64,000 bases of DNA from an uncultured Planctomycetaceae bacterium (GCA_963976765.1 CAXBME010000006.1:62001-126000); one strand, 5' to 3'; numbered from the stretch's first letter, positions 1 through 10,818 are shown. The notes: generated from the sequence alone by a model not told the origin. Program-made: numbers and translations.

Positions 1-477
1 CTGGCGAGGTTTCCGAATCTCAGAGAACTCGCGCTGGATCGGTTTACTCTCACGGACGAAGGCCTCGCACAATTGCGTCACCTGCCGCGGTTACAGGTGC
101 TGCATCTGGACTCGACGCCGTTTCGAGGCGAAGGCTTTTCGTGGTTGTATCCGGAGTCCGACGGACGGACGGCTGCGGACGTGACGTTTACGAACGCCGG
201 CCTGCGTCACCTGAAACATCTTCCTGATTTGCGAGTTCTGTTGCTTAACGAGGTCGCCGTCACCGACGCCGGCCTGGTCCACTTACGTGGACTGTTGAAC
301 CTGAAACAACTCAGTTTTGAAGGATCGACGGTGACCCTTGAAGCCGCCGCCGAACTCCACAAGCAGATTCCGACCTGCCACATCAGCGACAACTGGTGCT
401 GCGGCTGCTTCGCGTTTTCTCCGATCAAACCGATCGATCCGTCAAAGAGTGACAGGCACCGACAGCAGCCTCAATAG
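1..477 (+). CDS. Leucine-rich-repeat protein, 5'-truncated by the window
   Basis: Frame is open from base 1 (LARFPNLRELALDRFTLTDEGLAQLRHLPRLQVLHL...). Repeated LxxLxxLxLxxxxVTDAGLxHL units; ends ...CHISDNWCCGCFAF... Confidence 0.85.
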   Translation: MARFPNLRELALDRFTLTDEGLAQLRHLPRLQVLHLDSTPFRGEGFSWLYPESDGRTAADVTFTNAGLRHLKHLPDLRVLLLNEVAVTDAGLVHLRGLLNLKQLSFEGSTVTLEAAAELHKQIPTCHISDNWCCGCFAFSPIKPIDPSKSDRHRQQPQ

Positions 478-768
478 AATCGCACACACTCCCGCTGGTA
501 GATAACTCCCAGCTCGCTTGCCTCACGACGCAGAGTCGGCACGGCGTCAGGCAACCGCCAACTGCCGGGTGGGACGTCCAGCACACCCGACGGTTGAACG
601 GTTTTCTGCATGAATAGTCCTGGTCACTTTTGAGAATGGTCTGAAATAGCGACTGGTTCCTGTTGTCGCCTTCCTGAATTGATCTCTCTTGAAGATGATG
701 ATCTCAGAAGAAAAACCAACAACCCAACTCAGCCTGAAGACCAGCTCTGAAAGTGCTCTAAACCAGCC

Positions 769-2526
769 TTAACGAGGAGGCCGTTGCATCTGCTGCTGAA
801 AGTAGGTGACGATCTGGAAGAACCCCTGCAGAGTCTTCGCTTCAATCTTTGTTCGAAGCTGGACGCCCTGAGGAACCGTTCCCGCTGAGAATCCAATATA
901 GCTTCGTGGGACGGACAATCCTTCAAGTTGCTCAGCCTTAATCGGAACCGGAATCGGCAGCGCTTCAGTGGCCAGCACCGCTCGTGCAAGAACAATCAGG
1001 ACATTCGGCAGGTCAACCTGTCCGACAATGTTGGCGTCTTGAAGCAGCCCTTCGCGACTCTTCAGATTGTCGGATGGCTTTGTGCCTGGCGTTGCATCGT
1101 AAGCGGCCAGTGCTTCCTTCATCGTGTCCTGCGACCCGCCGATGGTCTGGATCATGACGTCGTCGCTCTTGACGACCAATCGCTGAACCATTCCATCCTT
1201 ACCGTGCAGCATCTCCTGAAACATGTTCTGGAACACTGCTCCAGGATTTGCGTCTTCATCAAAGGTCTGTTTGATCGTAATGACGTCAGCACTCAGATCG
1301 CCGTACGATTCAGCATCCTTCCTGAGAGTGACTTCCTGCTTGACGCCGGGGAATTCCATTTTATAGGCGGCCCCCATCTCACGACTCAGATCCCGTAATT
1401 TGGAAGCGGGTTTGGCGTTGCTGATCGAGTAGCCCCGCAGCAGGCCGGCATCATCCTTACTATCTTTCAAGCTGAATCCCCAGCCGACTTCCCGCATCTC
1501 AATTTCTTTCATACCGGCGACAAGTGCATCGAATTTCTTCGTCGTTTCGTCATCGGTTTCCAGCATCTCTGTCATAAACGACATGCCCCATTCCACGAGG
1601 CCGCTGAAATCGCCGTGCAATGCAACATAACCATGCTCGTTCTGCGGCAACCTGGCCAGCACATCCAGCTTGCTGGTCTTTTGCGAGGCGAGGTACCCGT
1701 CAGTCTTCGTCCGCGCTTTCACAACCAGCAATTCGTCAATCGTGATCGCGGTGTTGCTGACAGAAACTCCGATCGAGAAAGCCTGTGAGTCACGCAAAGC
1801 CTGAATCGCGCCGTGTCCCATCTCGCCGTACATCTTCAGAACGGCACTCATGTTGATGCCCGGCGTCTGAGGGATCTGGGCAGTGAGTCCTTCCAGCAGG
1901 CCATCAAGTTGATCGTCGGCGCCTTCCAGTTCGGATTGATAGGTCTCGGTGATTCCCACAACGTTGACCCAGGCGGCCAGGTCCGAGTCGCCAAACAAGG
2001 CAGACGAACGATCGTCAATTGCTCCATTGACTGCGTCCCCGCCGGCGCTGATGCACTCTTCGACGAGCTCCATGACAGCTTCGTCCTTAGAATAAGCGAC
2101 CCAGGAATCCTTCGAAGCAAATGTGAAGGTATCACCGACGCCACCCTGCAGCGCTTTTACATCGGTAGCCGGGATAATAAACACAACGGAAGGCTCAGCA
2201 CCTTTGACAGCAAAGACCGCGACGTACCAGTCCTGCTTCAGATCGACACCGCCCAGCGTGGGGTTCGAAATTACAACTCCAAGGCCAGGAGCCTGTCCCT
2301 GGACCATAAAACCAAGCCCCGGCTGTACGGCGTTGGCGAAGTTGCCAACCTTGCCAATTGTTGCTTCCGGAGACTTCAGTCGAATCACGGCGGTCGCGTC
2401 GGCGGGGATCAGATCAAGCGGACCTGCAGCCTGTGCCGAGAGCTGCACCGACAAGGCAAGCCCAAGTGCCACGGCGACAACTCCACTTCGCCTGAGAAAT
2501 GATTTTGAACTGCGTAAAGAGATCAT
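769..2526 (-). CDS. Secreted hypothetical protein (~585 aa)
   Basis: Long ORF. The ATG at 2526 gives MISLRSSKSFLRRSGVVAVALGLALSVQLSAQA-A, a Sec-type signal peptide (ORF track extends to 2607). No catalytic motif recognised. Confidence 0.75.
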   Translation of the reverse strand: MISLRSSKSFLRRSGVVAVALGLALSVQLSAQAAGPLDLIPADATAVIRLKSPEATIGKVGNFANAVQPGLGFMVQGQAPGLGVVISNPTLGGVDLKQDWYVAVFAVKGAEPSVVFIIPATDVKALQGGVGDTFTFASKDSWVAYSKDEAVMELVEECISAGGDAVNGAIDDRSSALFGDSDLAAWVNVVGITETYQSELEGADDQLDGLLEGLTAQIPQTPGINMSAVLKMYGEMGHGAIQALRDSQAFSIGVSVSNTAITIDELLVVKARTKTDGYLASQKTSKLDVLARLPQNEHGYVALHGDFSGLVEWGMSFMTEMLETDDETTKKFDALVAGMKEIEMREVGWGFSLKDSKDDAGLLRGYSISNAKPASKLRDLSREMGAAYKMEFPGVKQEVTLRKDAESYGDLSADVITIKQTFDEDANPGAVFQNMFQEMLHGKDGMVQRLVVKSDDVMIQTIGGSQDTMKEALAAYDATPGTKPSDNLKSREGLLQDANIVGQVDLPNVLIVLARAVLATEALPIPVPIKAEQLEGLSVPRSYIGFSAGTVPQGVQLRTKIEAKTLQGFFQIVTYFQQQMQRPPR

Positions 2527-3263
2527 GGTGCTTATTTCCTGGGAAAGAGTTTTTCGCGGAATGACCCGTGCAACGTGCACCGATCCTTCGTCGTGGTCTG
2601 GGGACAATGTTCGGCCAGGTCCAACGAGGCGTCGAAGGGACTACCCCTCCCGATGCCTGAGTCAGGGCCGGCAAAATTCAACAAATGTGACAATTCGCTC
2701 GCTCTGGCCAACGCAGGAGTATAGCGGGGACATGAGAAAAAGGATCTCTGAGTAGTGGAGTTTGACTCCAGCCAAACGCGACCTATGTTTTCGCATCTCC
2801 TGCTGACAATGGCTCAGGTCGCTTCGACCTGATGCTGAGTCAGCGACGAGAGACTGCCTGAAATCAGTCAGCTTTGCGGCGTGACAAGGAGAGCTGGGAG
2901 CTTGAGGGGACCTTGTCACGCCTCTTTTCACTGACCTGATCACGGCAGAACAAATTCCGGTTGTGAATCAGCGAACGCCGCCTGATTCCCGGACGCCAGC
3001 GAGCCGAAGCTGGTCGAATGCTCGAAACCGTACGAAATCGACTTGTCGCGACGGTCGAGCGTGCTTGATTCTCGACTGTTCGAGCCGCCGCGATGCACCA
3101 AATTGTATCGATTATTCCAATTCTGGTGATTTTAATGACTGTCGTGCGTCGATGATTCCATGAGTTCACTCCGGCGCGGGGGGCGATGCGCTCGCTTCGT
3201 GTGCACTGGAAACGAAATTGTGGAAGTCAAGAATCCACACGTCTCAGGACAAAACGTCATCAG

Positions 3264-5534
3264 ATGGAGCGGCATCAAGTGCAAAAAGGATTCATAGACA
3301 CAGCACTTCGCGTCACGGCGATTGCGACAATGATCATTCTGACCCTCTGCATGGCCTCATTCGGACTTTCGAAGCTCCGATTGCCGGCACAGTCACTCGC
3401 CGAATCCAACGGTACCCTCGAACATCCTGGTGGGACATCCGAGCTCCCCGACAGACGTGATTCGATTGCTCCTGGAGCGTCGCTCAGTCGCCCGACCGGA
3501 CCCGATCCACTGGCCGAACATCTTGACCGTCTCGGAAAACGACTGGAAGAACTTGCCAGCACCGTCTCAAGAGAACGCGCCACTCAATCAGAAATAGCCC
3601 GATTGGCCGACTCGATGCAGGCAGCCCGGCAGCAGGCAGATTTGTCCAGCACGAAAATTCAGCAAGAGCTGGGCAACCTTCGAGTCACCAGCGAAGTCGA
3701 ACTTCGAGATCTGAACCGTCAGATCGACACAGTTGCCGAGAAAAGCCACCGGCTTGAGCGGGAAGTCGTCGAGCAGCGAGCCGGAATTCTGTCAGCTCTT
3801 GAGAATCAGCGAAGCACAATCGCCTCGCAGGTCACACGTCTGGAAGACAGTCTGAACAATGTCCACACTGAGCTTTCTGAACTGCGCACAAAATCGCAAA
3901 CTGCACTGGCTCTCGCTCAAACCGCGAGGCTGCAACCTGCCGGTCCATTAAACGCGCTGGCTCCTGTTCCCACCAGCCCCCCCTTAGATCACGAAGACTC
4001 TGCTGAGCATGACGCAATCTGGCAGGAACCGCTGATTCTTGATTCTTCAGCCAGCGTGAAGACACCCAGGCCTGCAACTCGACGAGCCACACAGACCGCA
4101 ACATCAACCGGCTGGAAAGTCAGCCCGATGTCGCATTCAGCACCGCAGGATAAGCGGCCTCCACGGGTCACAATCCCGAAACCTTCATTACCGCCTGCTC
4201 CACCAGCGGAAAAAGTTCCGAGCATCCTGCCACCGATGCCAGAATCTTCACGCCGGATTCGTTCCAGCATGATTCAGGCTCCGTTGAAGTCAACCCTCGC
4301 CCCATCCGTTTCCGCCAGGCCAGATCGCGTTCCGGATATCATCGATCTGCCATCTCCAGACGAACCCGTCATCACACAAATTTCGGCCAGCTCTTCCACC
4401 ATCGCGGCATGCTCGACTCGCAAGTATGAAGTTCAAACGACGGTCATTCACATCACAGCCGACCGACCCGTTGATGCCGAACCTGCCGGCGTTCGCATGC
4501 TGAATCCCGAACTGTCGACAACGGCGTACGGTCATTCCTGGTCGCACGACGCCGTCACCCACGAACTGCTTCGTAAAATATCGCTTCGCACCGGCGCGAC
4601 AGTCGCTGGCCGACAGCAGGTAACGATTTCCTCAGACAGCACTGAAGAATTCAGCATCGGCTCATCGTGTCCACACTGCAACGAGGTTCACGGTTTTGAA
4701 GCGGGAGACCGTTTGATTCTGAAGGCTGGCTCAGCCTGCGACGACGTTCAACGATTCCATGTTGTCAGCCAGGTCGTTGGAGGCAGTAACGAACTGGACT
4801 CTCTGCCACCGTTTGACCTGACTCCGGTGGCCAGCCAAACCTATGTGATCGCCGAAGAAGCTGTCGAAGGAACCGTTGAAGAAGCTGTCGCTACCTCCGA
4901 CGACAAACTCGTCCCAATTCACGGCGTTCTAACGCCAGTATCTGGTCCAACGAGAACGAAAGTCTCCACGCAGCTCATGCAGCGAGTCGTGGTGATGACC
5001 TTTCGGGATGTCAACGCCGCGCCAACAGTCACTGTAACGAAATCCACCAGAAGGATCCTGCCGCCGCTGCCAGCGTCAAAGCCAGCCGAGCCGACCGTCG
5101 CCAGGAAGCTGACACCCGTAAAACATCATCCGATTTTCCTGCCGCCTCCCGCCCCACCGACACCAATCGGAACACCACAGATTGATTCAAACGTCGAATT
5201 CGTCGCGACCACTCTTGATCACTCTTCGCCCGGAATTCAACGAGCCAGTCATCAGCAGGACGATGACTACTGCGAAGTCTGCGAAAAGAAGCATGGAGCG
5301 GATCATGCGTCAGTAGCTCCCGCCGAAGAACCGGATGAAAAGAAACAGGACAAGTCGCTTCTCGACTGGTTCCGCCGAGTCCGCTCGAATTCACCGGACT
5401 CTGATTCCAGGGTTCAGAACGCAGACTTCGAAGTCAGTAACCAGAAACTCGATCGACGCAACCTGTCATCGGAAAACCAGAAGCCTCAGCGGCGGTACGT
5501 CATCAAGCCAGGAAACAGACGAGCCGTTTATTAG
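3264..5534 (+). CDS. Membrane-anchored hypothetical protein: coiled coil, Pro-rich linkers and a possible degenerate secretin-like segment
   Basis: N-terminal hydrophobic helix (VTAIATMIILTLCMASFGL), ~140-aa heptad-rich region, Pro-rich stretches, beta-rich segment KYEVQTTVIHI...QQVTISSDSTEEFSIG. Start uncertain (3186 or 3264). Confidence 0.7.
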   Translation: MERHQVQKGFIDTALRVTAIATMIILTLCMASFGLSKLRLPAQSLAESNGTLEHPGGTSELPDRRDSIAPGASLSRPTGPDPLAEHLDRLGKRLEELASTVSRERATQSEIARLADSMQAARQQADLSSTKIQQELGNLRVTSEVELRDLNRQIDTVAEKSHRLEREVVEQRAGILSALENQRSTIASQVTRLEDSLNNVHTELSELRTKSQTALALAQTARLQPAGPLNALAPVPTSPPLDHEDSAEHDAIWQEPLILDSSASVKTPRPATRRATQTATSTGWKVSPMSHSAPQDKRPPRVTIPKPSLPPAPPAEKVPSILPPMPESSRRIRSSMIQAPLKSTLAPSVSARPDRVPDIIDLPSPDEPVITQISASSSTIAACSTRKYEVQTTVIHITADRPVDAEPAGVRMLNPELSTTAYGHSWSHDAVTHELLRKISLRTGATVAGRQQVTISSDSTEEFSIGSSCPHCNEVHGFEAGDRLILKAGSACDDVQRFHVVSQVVGGSNELDSLPPFDLTPVASQTYVIAEEAVEGTVEEAVATSDDKLVPIHGVLTPVSGPTRTKVSTQLMQRVVVMTFRDVNAAPTVTVTKSTRRILPPLPASKPAEPTVARKLTPVKHHPIFLPPPAPPTPIGTPQIDSNVEFVATTLDHSSPGIQRASHQQDDDYCEVCEKKHGADHASVAPAEEPDEKKQDKSLLDWFRRVRSNSPDSDSRVQNADFEVSNQKLDRRNLSSENQKPQRRYVIKPGNRRAVY

Positions 5535-5610
5535 TTCTGGTTGACCTGCAGGTTCAGCCTTCCTGGATAGATTTTTGATGAGTTGTGGCCCCTGATTCGG
5601 AACTGAAAAA

Positions 5611-6864
5611 ATGCCATTCCGATTTCGGCATCGGACCACCAAAGACAGATCAATTCCGGCGTACCGAATTGCGGTCACGATAGCGACCTGCCAGCTGCTT
5701 TGTGGTTGTGTTCTGTCACCCCGAACGGAAACCGACGTCATTTCGACGTCGCACTCAGCGGGATTTGAACTGGCAGAGACCTCACCACGAACGAACTCGC
5801 TGAAAGAACAGCGCCTGGTCGCGACAGCAGCCAGTCTGATGCACGCAGGAAATCTTCCAGCAGCACAGGAACAGCTGATCGAAATCCTGGCAATCAACCC
5901 AACGGACAGTTCCGCCGTCGAGTTGCTGATCGAAGTCGGTCGAAAACGCGGCGATATCCGATTACAGCAAGCGGCTCTCAAACGACTGATCGCTCTTCAG
6001 CCAGGCTCGGCAACCATCGCCAACCGATGCGGGAAGCAGTTGCTTGACTCCGTCCGCATGGAAACCTCAAAAGGCGGCCCTTTGGCAGTCGGCGATTCAT
6101 CGACAACTGGCGCCACCTCAAACGCACTCGGAGAACACGGAACCTCTGATGTTCCCTCGGTCAGGCAAACCACAACGCTGGCAATTGCGGCACTCACAAA
6201 AGCCGTCAAACTGGAGCCCCGAAATACATTGTTTGCTCAGGACTTGTTCGCCGCCCTGGTAGATCAAGGTTTGACCAGGCAGGCCGAACAGGTGCTGCAT
6301 GATGCTTTGCAGAGAAATCCTCAGGACAAAGTTCTGCCGATGGCGGCAGCAAGATTGTTCGAGTCACGGGCGGACTGGTCCTCAGCAGTTTTCTATTACG
6401 ATCTCGCGTTGCGAAACGATCCGTCCAACCCCGTCTGGCGAAGGCAACGAGCCGTCTGTCATTTCCGGCAGGGTTCGTTTGAGCAAGCTCAGACCGACTT
6501 CTCACGATCGTTGTCCGGCTCACCAGTGAAGCCTCAACTTTCGGAACATCTTGCGTGGGCCGAAGCGGCGTTGAAGACTGAAGACCACGAAGAGGCAGCT
6601 CGCGTTCTCGAACTCATCGTTAAGGAAGGCGAGCTTCGAACTGCCGATATCGAAGTTCTGCGAGGAACATGCCTGTTAAGGCGAGGCGATATCGCAGCCG
6701 CCGCGGAAGTTGTTATTCAGGCTCAGCTTGAGTGGCCAAAACATGCCGGGCTGTGGCAGCTTGCGAAGCAGATCAAGGCCGCTGAAAACGGCGAGTCATT
6801 GACGCAGCCTGCCAATATTTCACTCGACCTCGCCAGCCTGCCCTTCGCGCTGCGCGTTCCGTAG
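5611..6864 (+). CDS. Tetratricopeptide-repeat protein, probable lipoprotein
   Basis: Hydrophobic N-terminus ending LLCGC (lipobox-like). Helical repeats with A/L spacing and xxxPxN/D turns (AINPTDS, KLEPRN, RNDPSNP). Confidence 0.8.
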   Translation: MPFRFRHRTTKDRSIPAYRIAVTIATCQLLCGCVLSPRTETDVISTSHSAGFELAETSPRTNSLKEQRLVATAASLMHAGNLPAAQEQLIEILAINPTDSSAVELLIEVGRKRGDIRLQQAALKRLIALQPGSATIANRCGKQLLDSVRMETSKGGPLAVGDSSTTGATSNALGEHGTSDVPSVRQTTTLAIAALTKAVKLEPRNTLFAQDLFAALVDQGLTRQAEQVLHDALQRNPQDKVLPMAAARLFESRADWSSAVFYYDLALRNDPSNPVWRRQRAVCHFRQGSFEQAQTDFSRSLSGSPVKPQLSEHLAWAEAALKTEDHEEAARVLELIVKEGELRTADIEVLRGTCLLRRGDIAAAAEVVIQAQLEWPKHAGLWQLAKQIKAAENGESLTQPANISLDLASLPFALRVP

Positions 6865-6882
6865 CGAAGCTCTGACCGTCGA

Positions 6883-7389
6883 TCAGATTGCCGGTCGATT
6901 TTCGAAAAACCAGCGGAACATGATTCGAAATGGCGGCGTGAACTTTTCGGGAGATGCTTCAATCATCAACGCAATCTGCTCCGGCGGAAGAAACTCAGCG
7001 CCCGCAATTTCGTCTGGATCGAGCACTGGCTCTTCGTCAGTAACCAGTTGGTAAAGCGCAGAAAACTCGTACGCCGTTTCGGAACTGGCAGGAAACTTCG
7101 CGAGGTACTTGATGGGCAATTCGAGAGACAGTTCCTCTCGCAGTTCTCGGGCTGCGGCAGTGTCGTAGTCCTCGCCCGAGTCAACGTGTCCGCTGGCTGA
7201 AGATGTGTAGCAACCTGGATACTGATCCTTCGAGTCCGACCGAAGCTGAAGCAACAGACGACCGTCCGGCTTCATCACAAAGATACTGACTGCTCGATGC
7301 AGCAGGTTCTGTGCATGAACAACTGAACGAGGAGCCTGCCGGATAACTCGGTCAGCATTGTCAACAACATCAAAGATCTCTTCGGACAT
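6883..7389 (-). CDS. NUDIX hydrolase (YfcD/IDI-like)
   Basis: Nudix box GHVDSGEDYDTAAARELREELSL; N-terminal DVVD...HxxNLLHRAV and QLRSxxKDxYPG motifs. ATG at 7389. Confidence 0.9.
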   Translation of the reverse strand: MSEEIFDVVDNADRVIRQAPRSVVHAQNLLHRAVSIFVMKPDGRLLLQLRSDSKDQYPGCYTSSASGHVDSGEDYDTAAARELREELSLELPIKYLAKFPASSETAYEFSALYQLVTDEEPVLDPDEIAGAEFLPPEQIALMIEASPEKFTPPFRIMFRWFFENRPAI

Positions 7390-7566
7390 AGTCTGCTCGG
7401 TTCCTCGGCTGAGTGCTCTTCTGCAAGTAACGCAACTATGACTTTCCAGCATGACGTGCACGACGCCAACAACTCAACGATGATGTTCGTTCGACAGTTC
7501 TGACAATCTTCGGTCGGATCGTCCACCGTCGAATCGAACACTTTGTCGACGTTACCAGGAAGTCAG

Positions 7567-8364
7567 ATGCCTCACCCAGTCCTCGATTCGTCTCGCCCGA
7601 TTCTAATCGGGATGTTGCACGTCCCTCCGCTGCCGGGCAGCCCACAGGCGAAGGACTCGTTCGCGACCGTGCTGGACTATGTCCTGCGCGACGCCGCGGC
7701 GCTGGTCGAAGGCGGCATGACGAATCTGATGATCGAGAACTTCGGCGACACGCCTTTCTTTCCTGGAACCGTCCCCGCTCACACCGTTGCTCAGCTGACG
7801 GCAATCGCCCGCGAAGTGTCTTCTCGATTTCCCGATGCCGAACTCGGTCTGAATGTCTTGCGAAACGATGGTTGCAGCGCTCTCGCAATCGCAGCCGCAA
7901 CCGGTGCCTCATTTATCCGGGTCAACATTCTTTGCGGAGCGCGTCTGACTGACCAGGGTATTATTCAGGGCATCGCTCACGACCTGCTGCGGCTGAGAAA
8001 ACAACTGGCGGCCGAAGACGTCGCGATACTTGCAGACGTCGATGTTAAACATTCGGCATCACTCGCCGAGCGACCGCTCGCAGATGAGATTGAAGACGCC
8101 ATCAAACGCGGCCACGCCGACGCAATAATCGTATCCGGCAACGCGACCGGCGCTGCCGTCGATGCCGGACAGCTCGCAAAAGCAGTTGCGGCTGCCGGAT
8201 CAACGCCCGTGCTCATCGGGAGCGGAGCGACCGCCGAATCAATTCGCGAATTTCGCAGCCAGGCGGCTGGATTTATTGTCGGCACATCCGTCAAGCGCGA
8301 CGGCCATGTTCACAATCCAGTTGACCCATCCCGTGTGCGGGAAATCGTTGCCAGAATTGGCTAA
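7567..8364 (+). CDS. BtpA/SgcQ family protein
   Basis: IGMLHVPPLPGSP, IENFGDTPF, GLNVLRND, ADVDVKHS and SGxATG motifs typical of the family. Confidence 0.9.
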   Translation: MPHPVLDSSRPILIGMLHVPPLPGSPQAKDSFATVLDYVLRDAAALVEGGMTNLMIENFGDTPFFPGTVPAHTVAQLTAIAREVSSRFPDAELGLNVLRNDGCSALAIAAATGASFIRVNILCGARLTDQGIIQGIAHDLLRLRKQLAAEDVAILADVDVKHSASLAERPLADEIEDAIKRGHADAIIVSGNATGAAVDAGQLAKAVAAAGSTPVLIGSGATAESIREFRSQAAGFIVGTSVKRDGHVHNPVDPSRVREIVARIG

Positions 8365-8375
8365 CGGGCCAGTCT

Positions 8376-9365
8376 TCAACGAAGGCTTTCCGAAACCTCG
8401 ACCGAATCCGTCGCCGGTTCTTCTCTACTTTCAGAGGAAAGAGCGCTGAAGAATTCGATCAAACGCTGGTCGTAGCCTTCTTTATCGGCCTGTCGTGCGC
8501 CGTTGTGGCGTGCCTTCGGGACCATCCACAATTCAGCCGTCTCCTCGCCGAGGCATTCGTGGAGAGCATTCGCAATCTCAGGGCGAACGTAGTTATCCCG
8601 CTCGCCGGAGATCAGCAGAACCGGACGATTTTTGAGTGATGCCAGAGTTCGCTCCAGATGAACGTAGCGGCACTTTCGCTTGAACTGGCTGTAGAGTCGT
8701 CCGCCCGTCAGGCTGAGTTCGACATGCCACGCCGGAATCCAACCAGCCATCCACTGAGGAACCAGCAGCGAAACCCAACGTTGTGAGAACAGACTCATCA
8801 TCGAACGAGTCGAATAGGCACTCTCACAGGCGACGCATTCAACGGCGCCAGTAATTGACGCTGCCGCGAGTGCCGCCCCGCCACCACGACTGACTCCGAA
8901 AATACCCAGGGGCTGACTCTTGAGTTCATTGCGGGACTCGATGAGCTGCAATGCTCCGCGGACGTCAGCCAGTTCAAACTCAGTCAACCAGTGCAGCGGT
9001 TCGTAGCCCGTCTGCTTTTCGCTTGAGCCGTGGTTTCGGAAATCGAATGAAAGAACTTCGAAACCCGCTGCAAACAATGCTTCGCAATACGACATTGCCG
9101 ACCAGCGGCTGCCTCCCAGCTCGTGGCAGAAAAGGATCAGCCCCCGTGATGAACGATCGAGCTGTGGGAAGTGGCAAGCCTGAAGCGTAAGGCCGTCTTC
9201 CGTTTCGAAGCTGAGTTCGTTCGCTCGCGAATCAGCACCGAAGTCACCCGCGTTTAAAGGCGGAGCGTTCTCCAGCATGCGCATGACTGCTCGGCTGATC
9301 GCGAGCTGAACAACGATCATCATGATCGTTATCGCGACGACGCAAGTGGCGATTATCCAGGCCAC
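8376..9365 (-). CDS. Membrane-anchored alpha/beta-fold hydrolase
   Basis: N-terminal TM helix; FDFRNHGSS; nucleophile elbow GVSRGG; candidate Asp (GERDNYV) and His (ARHNGA). Confidence 0.85.
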   Translation of the reverse strand: MAWIIATCVVAITIMMIVVQLAISRAVMRMLENAPPLNAGDFGADSRANELSFETEDGLTLQACHFPQLDRSSRGLILFCHELGGSRWSAMSYCEALFAAGFEVLSFDFRNHGSSEKQTGYEPLHWLTEFELADVRGALQLIESRNELKSQPLGIFGVSRGGGAALAAASITGAVECVACESAYSTRSMMSLFSQRWVSLLVPQWMAGWIPAWHVELSLTGGRLYSQFKRKCRYVHLERTLASLKNRPVLLISGERDNYVRPEIANALHECLGEETAELWMVPKARHNGARQADKEGYDQRLIEFFSALSSESREEPATDSVEVSESLR

Positions 9366-9422
9366 GATCCACTCCGAGGGTGCAATTCCGCTAAAAGAAT
9401 GTCGTCGAAAACGACCAAAGAA

Positions 9423-10709
9423 TCAGGCAGCGAACTCACGGAAGATTAGTGAAACATTCTGTCCCCCAAAACCGAAGCTGTTTGAAAGGCAGGTTGTGAC
9501 TTTCGTTTCGCGAGGTTCATTCGGGATGTAGTCCAGATCGCAAACGGGATCCGGCGTCTCGTAGTTGATTGTCGGCGGCAACACATTCCGATTAATAGCC
9601 AGCAGACACGTGATGGCTTCGACACTGCCGGCAGCAGCAATCAGGTGCCCCATCATGCTCTTAATGCTGGAAACCGGAGTCCCCTGAGCATACTGACCCA
9701 GTGCCTGTTTACAGGCCAGAGTCTCGACCTGGTCGTTAACCTTGGTACTGGTTCCATGAGCGTTAATGTAGTCGATGCCGTCGGTATTGACGCCAGCATC
9801 GTTCAGCGCCATACGAATGCAGGCCGTCGCTCCGCGGCCTTCCGGATGAATGTCGGTCACGCGGTAAGCGTCGGCTGTTGAGCCATACCCTGCCAGTTCA
9901 CCGTAGATTTTGGCGCCGCGAGCTTTGGCGTGTTCGAGTTCTTCCAGAATCAGAATCCCCGCACCCTCACCAAGAACGAAACCATCACGGTTCTTGTCGA
10001 ACGGTCGCGACGCTTCCTGCGGGTTCTCGTTGTGCGTCGACAGAGCGGTCAGCAGATTGAATCCAGTCAGACCGAACGGGTGAATCATGCTGTGAGCACC
10101 ACCAGAGATCATGACATTCGCATCGCCGCGACGAATCATCTCGGTGGCTTCGCCGATCGCCTGACTCGACGCCGCACAGGCAGTCAGACAGTTCATATTC
10201 GGCCCCTGAGCATTAAACAGGCTCGCCAGATGCCCGGCAGTCATGTTCGGTTCCTGCTCAAGTTCAGACTCTGCGTGAAGCTGCTCCATACCCAGGCGGG
10301 CGAAAGCTTCCAGATCAACTTCGTCGTCCACACGAGCCTGAGCAATCAGCCCCATGAACAGATTGAAGTCCTGAGCGCCCTCACCTGCTCCCAGATAGAC
10401 GCCGAATGTCGACGGATCAAGATCTTTCTTATCCAGAAGACCTGAATCATTCATCGCTTCGGTGGCGGCACCAATCGCGAAGTGAATATTTCGGCCGGCA
10501 TATTTAAATCGATCCGCGTTGCCAATGTAGTTCGACAGGTCAAAATCCTTGACCTGCGAGGCAAACTTCGTCGGAAACTTTGACGCATCGAAATAGGAGA
10601 TCCAGTCGATTCCGCTGCGGCACTCCATCATGGAATTCCACATCGAATCGAGCGTCTTCCCGACGGGCGTGATGCAGCCCATGCCTGTAACAACGACTCG
10701 GCGTCTCAT
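9423..10709 (-). CDS. fabF: Beta-ketoacyl-ACP synthase II (FabF-like)
   Basis: MRRRVVVTGMGCITPVG start; Cys-His-His triad motifs TACAASS, INAHGTST, KSMMGHL; C-terminal SNSFGFGGQN. Confidence 0.92.
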   Translation of the reverse strand: MRRRVVVTGMGCITPVGKTLDSMWNSMMECRSGIDWISYFDASKFPTKFASQVKDFDLSNYIGNADRFKYAGRNIHFAIGAATEAMNDSGLLDKKDLDPSTFGVYLGAGEGAQDFNLFMGLIAQARVDDEVDLEAFARLGMEQLHAESELEQEPNMTAGHLASLFNAQGPNMNCLTACAASSQAIGEATEMIRRGDANVMISGGAHSMIHPFGLTGFNLLTALSTHNENPQEASRPFDKNRDGFVLGEGAGILILEELEHAKARGAKIYGELAGYGSTADAYRVTDIHPEGRGATACIRMALNDAGVNTDGIDYINAHGTSTKVNDQVETLACKQALGQYAQGTPVSSIKSMMGHLIAAAGSVEAITCLLAINRNVLPPTINYETPDPVCDLDYIPNEPRETKVTTCLSNSFGFGGQNVSLIFREFAA

Positions 10710-10749
10710 GGCTCGGTCCTCGAGAATCGTAAACCTGTACGAGGAAATT

Positions 10750-10814
10750 GCAGGGTGGGCACCGCCCACCGCGATATGCATTCTTCTAAAACTGGCAGGC
10801 AGTGCCCACCTTAC
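10750..10814. repeat. REP-like inverted pair (GTAG-type GGTGGGCAC..GCCCACC family)
   Basis: GCAGGGTGGGCACCGCCCACC (10750-10770) and inverted GGCAGGCAGTGCCCACCTTAC (10794-10814), between the fabZ-like gene and fabF. Confidence 0.8.
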
Positions 10815-10818
10815 AAAA

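Noticed and set aside
4668..4692. CPHC as a c-type heme site in the 3264-5534 protein
   Set aside because: The sequence is CPHCN, not CxxCH.
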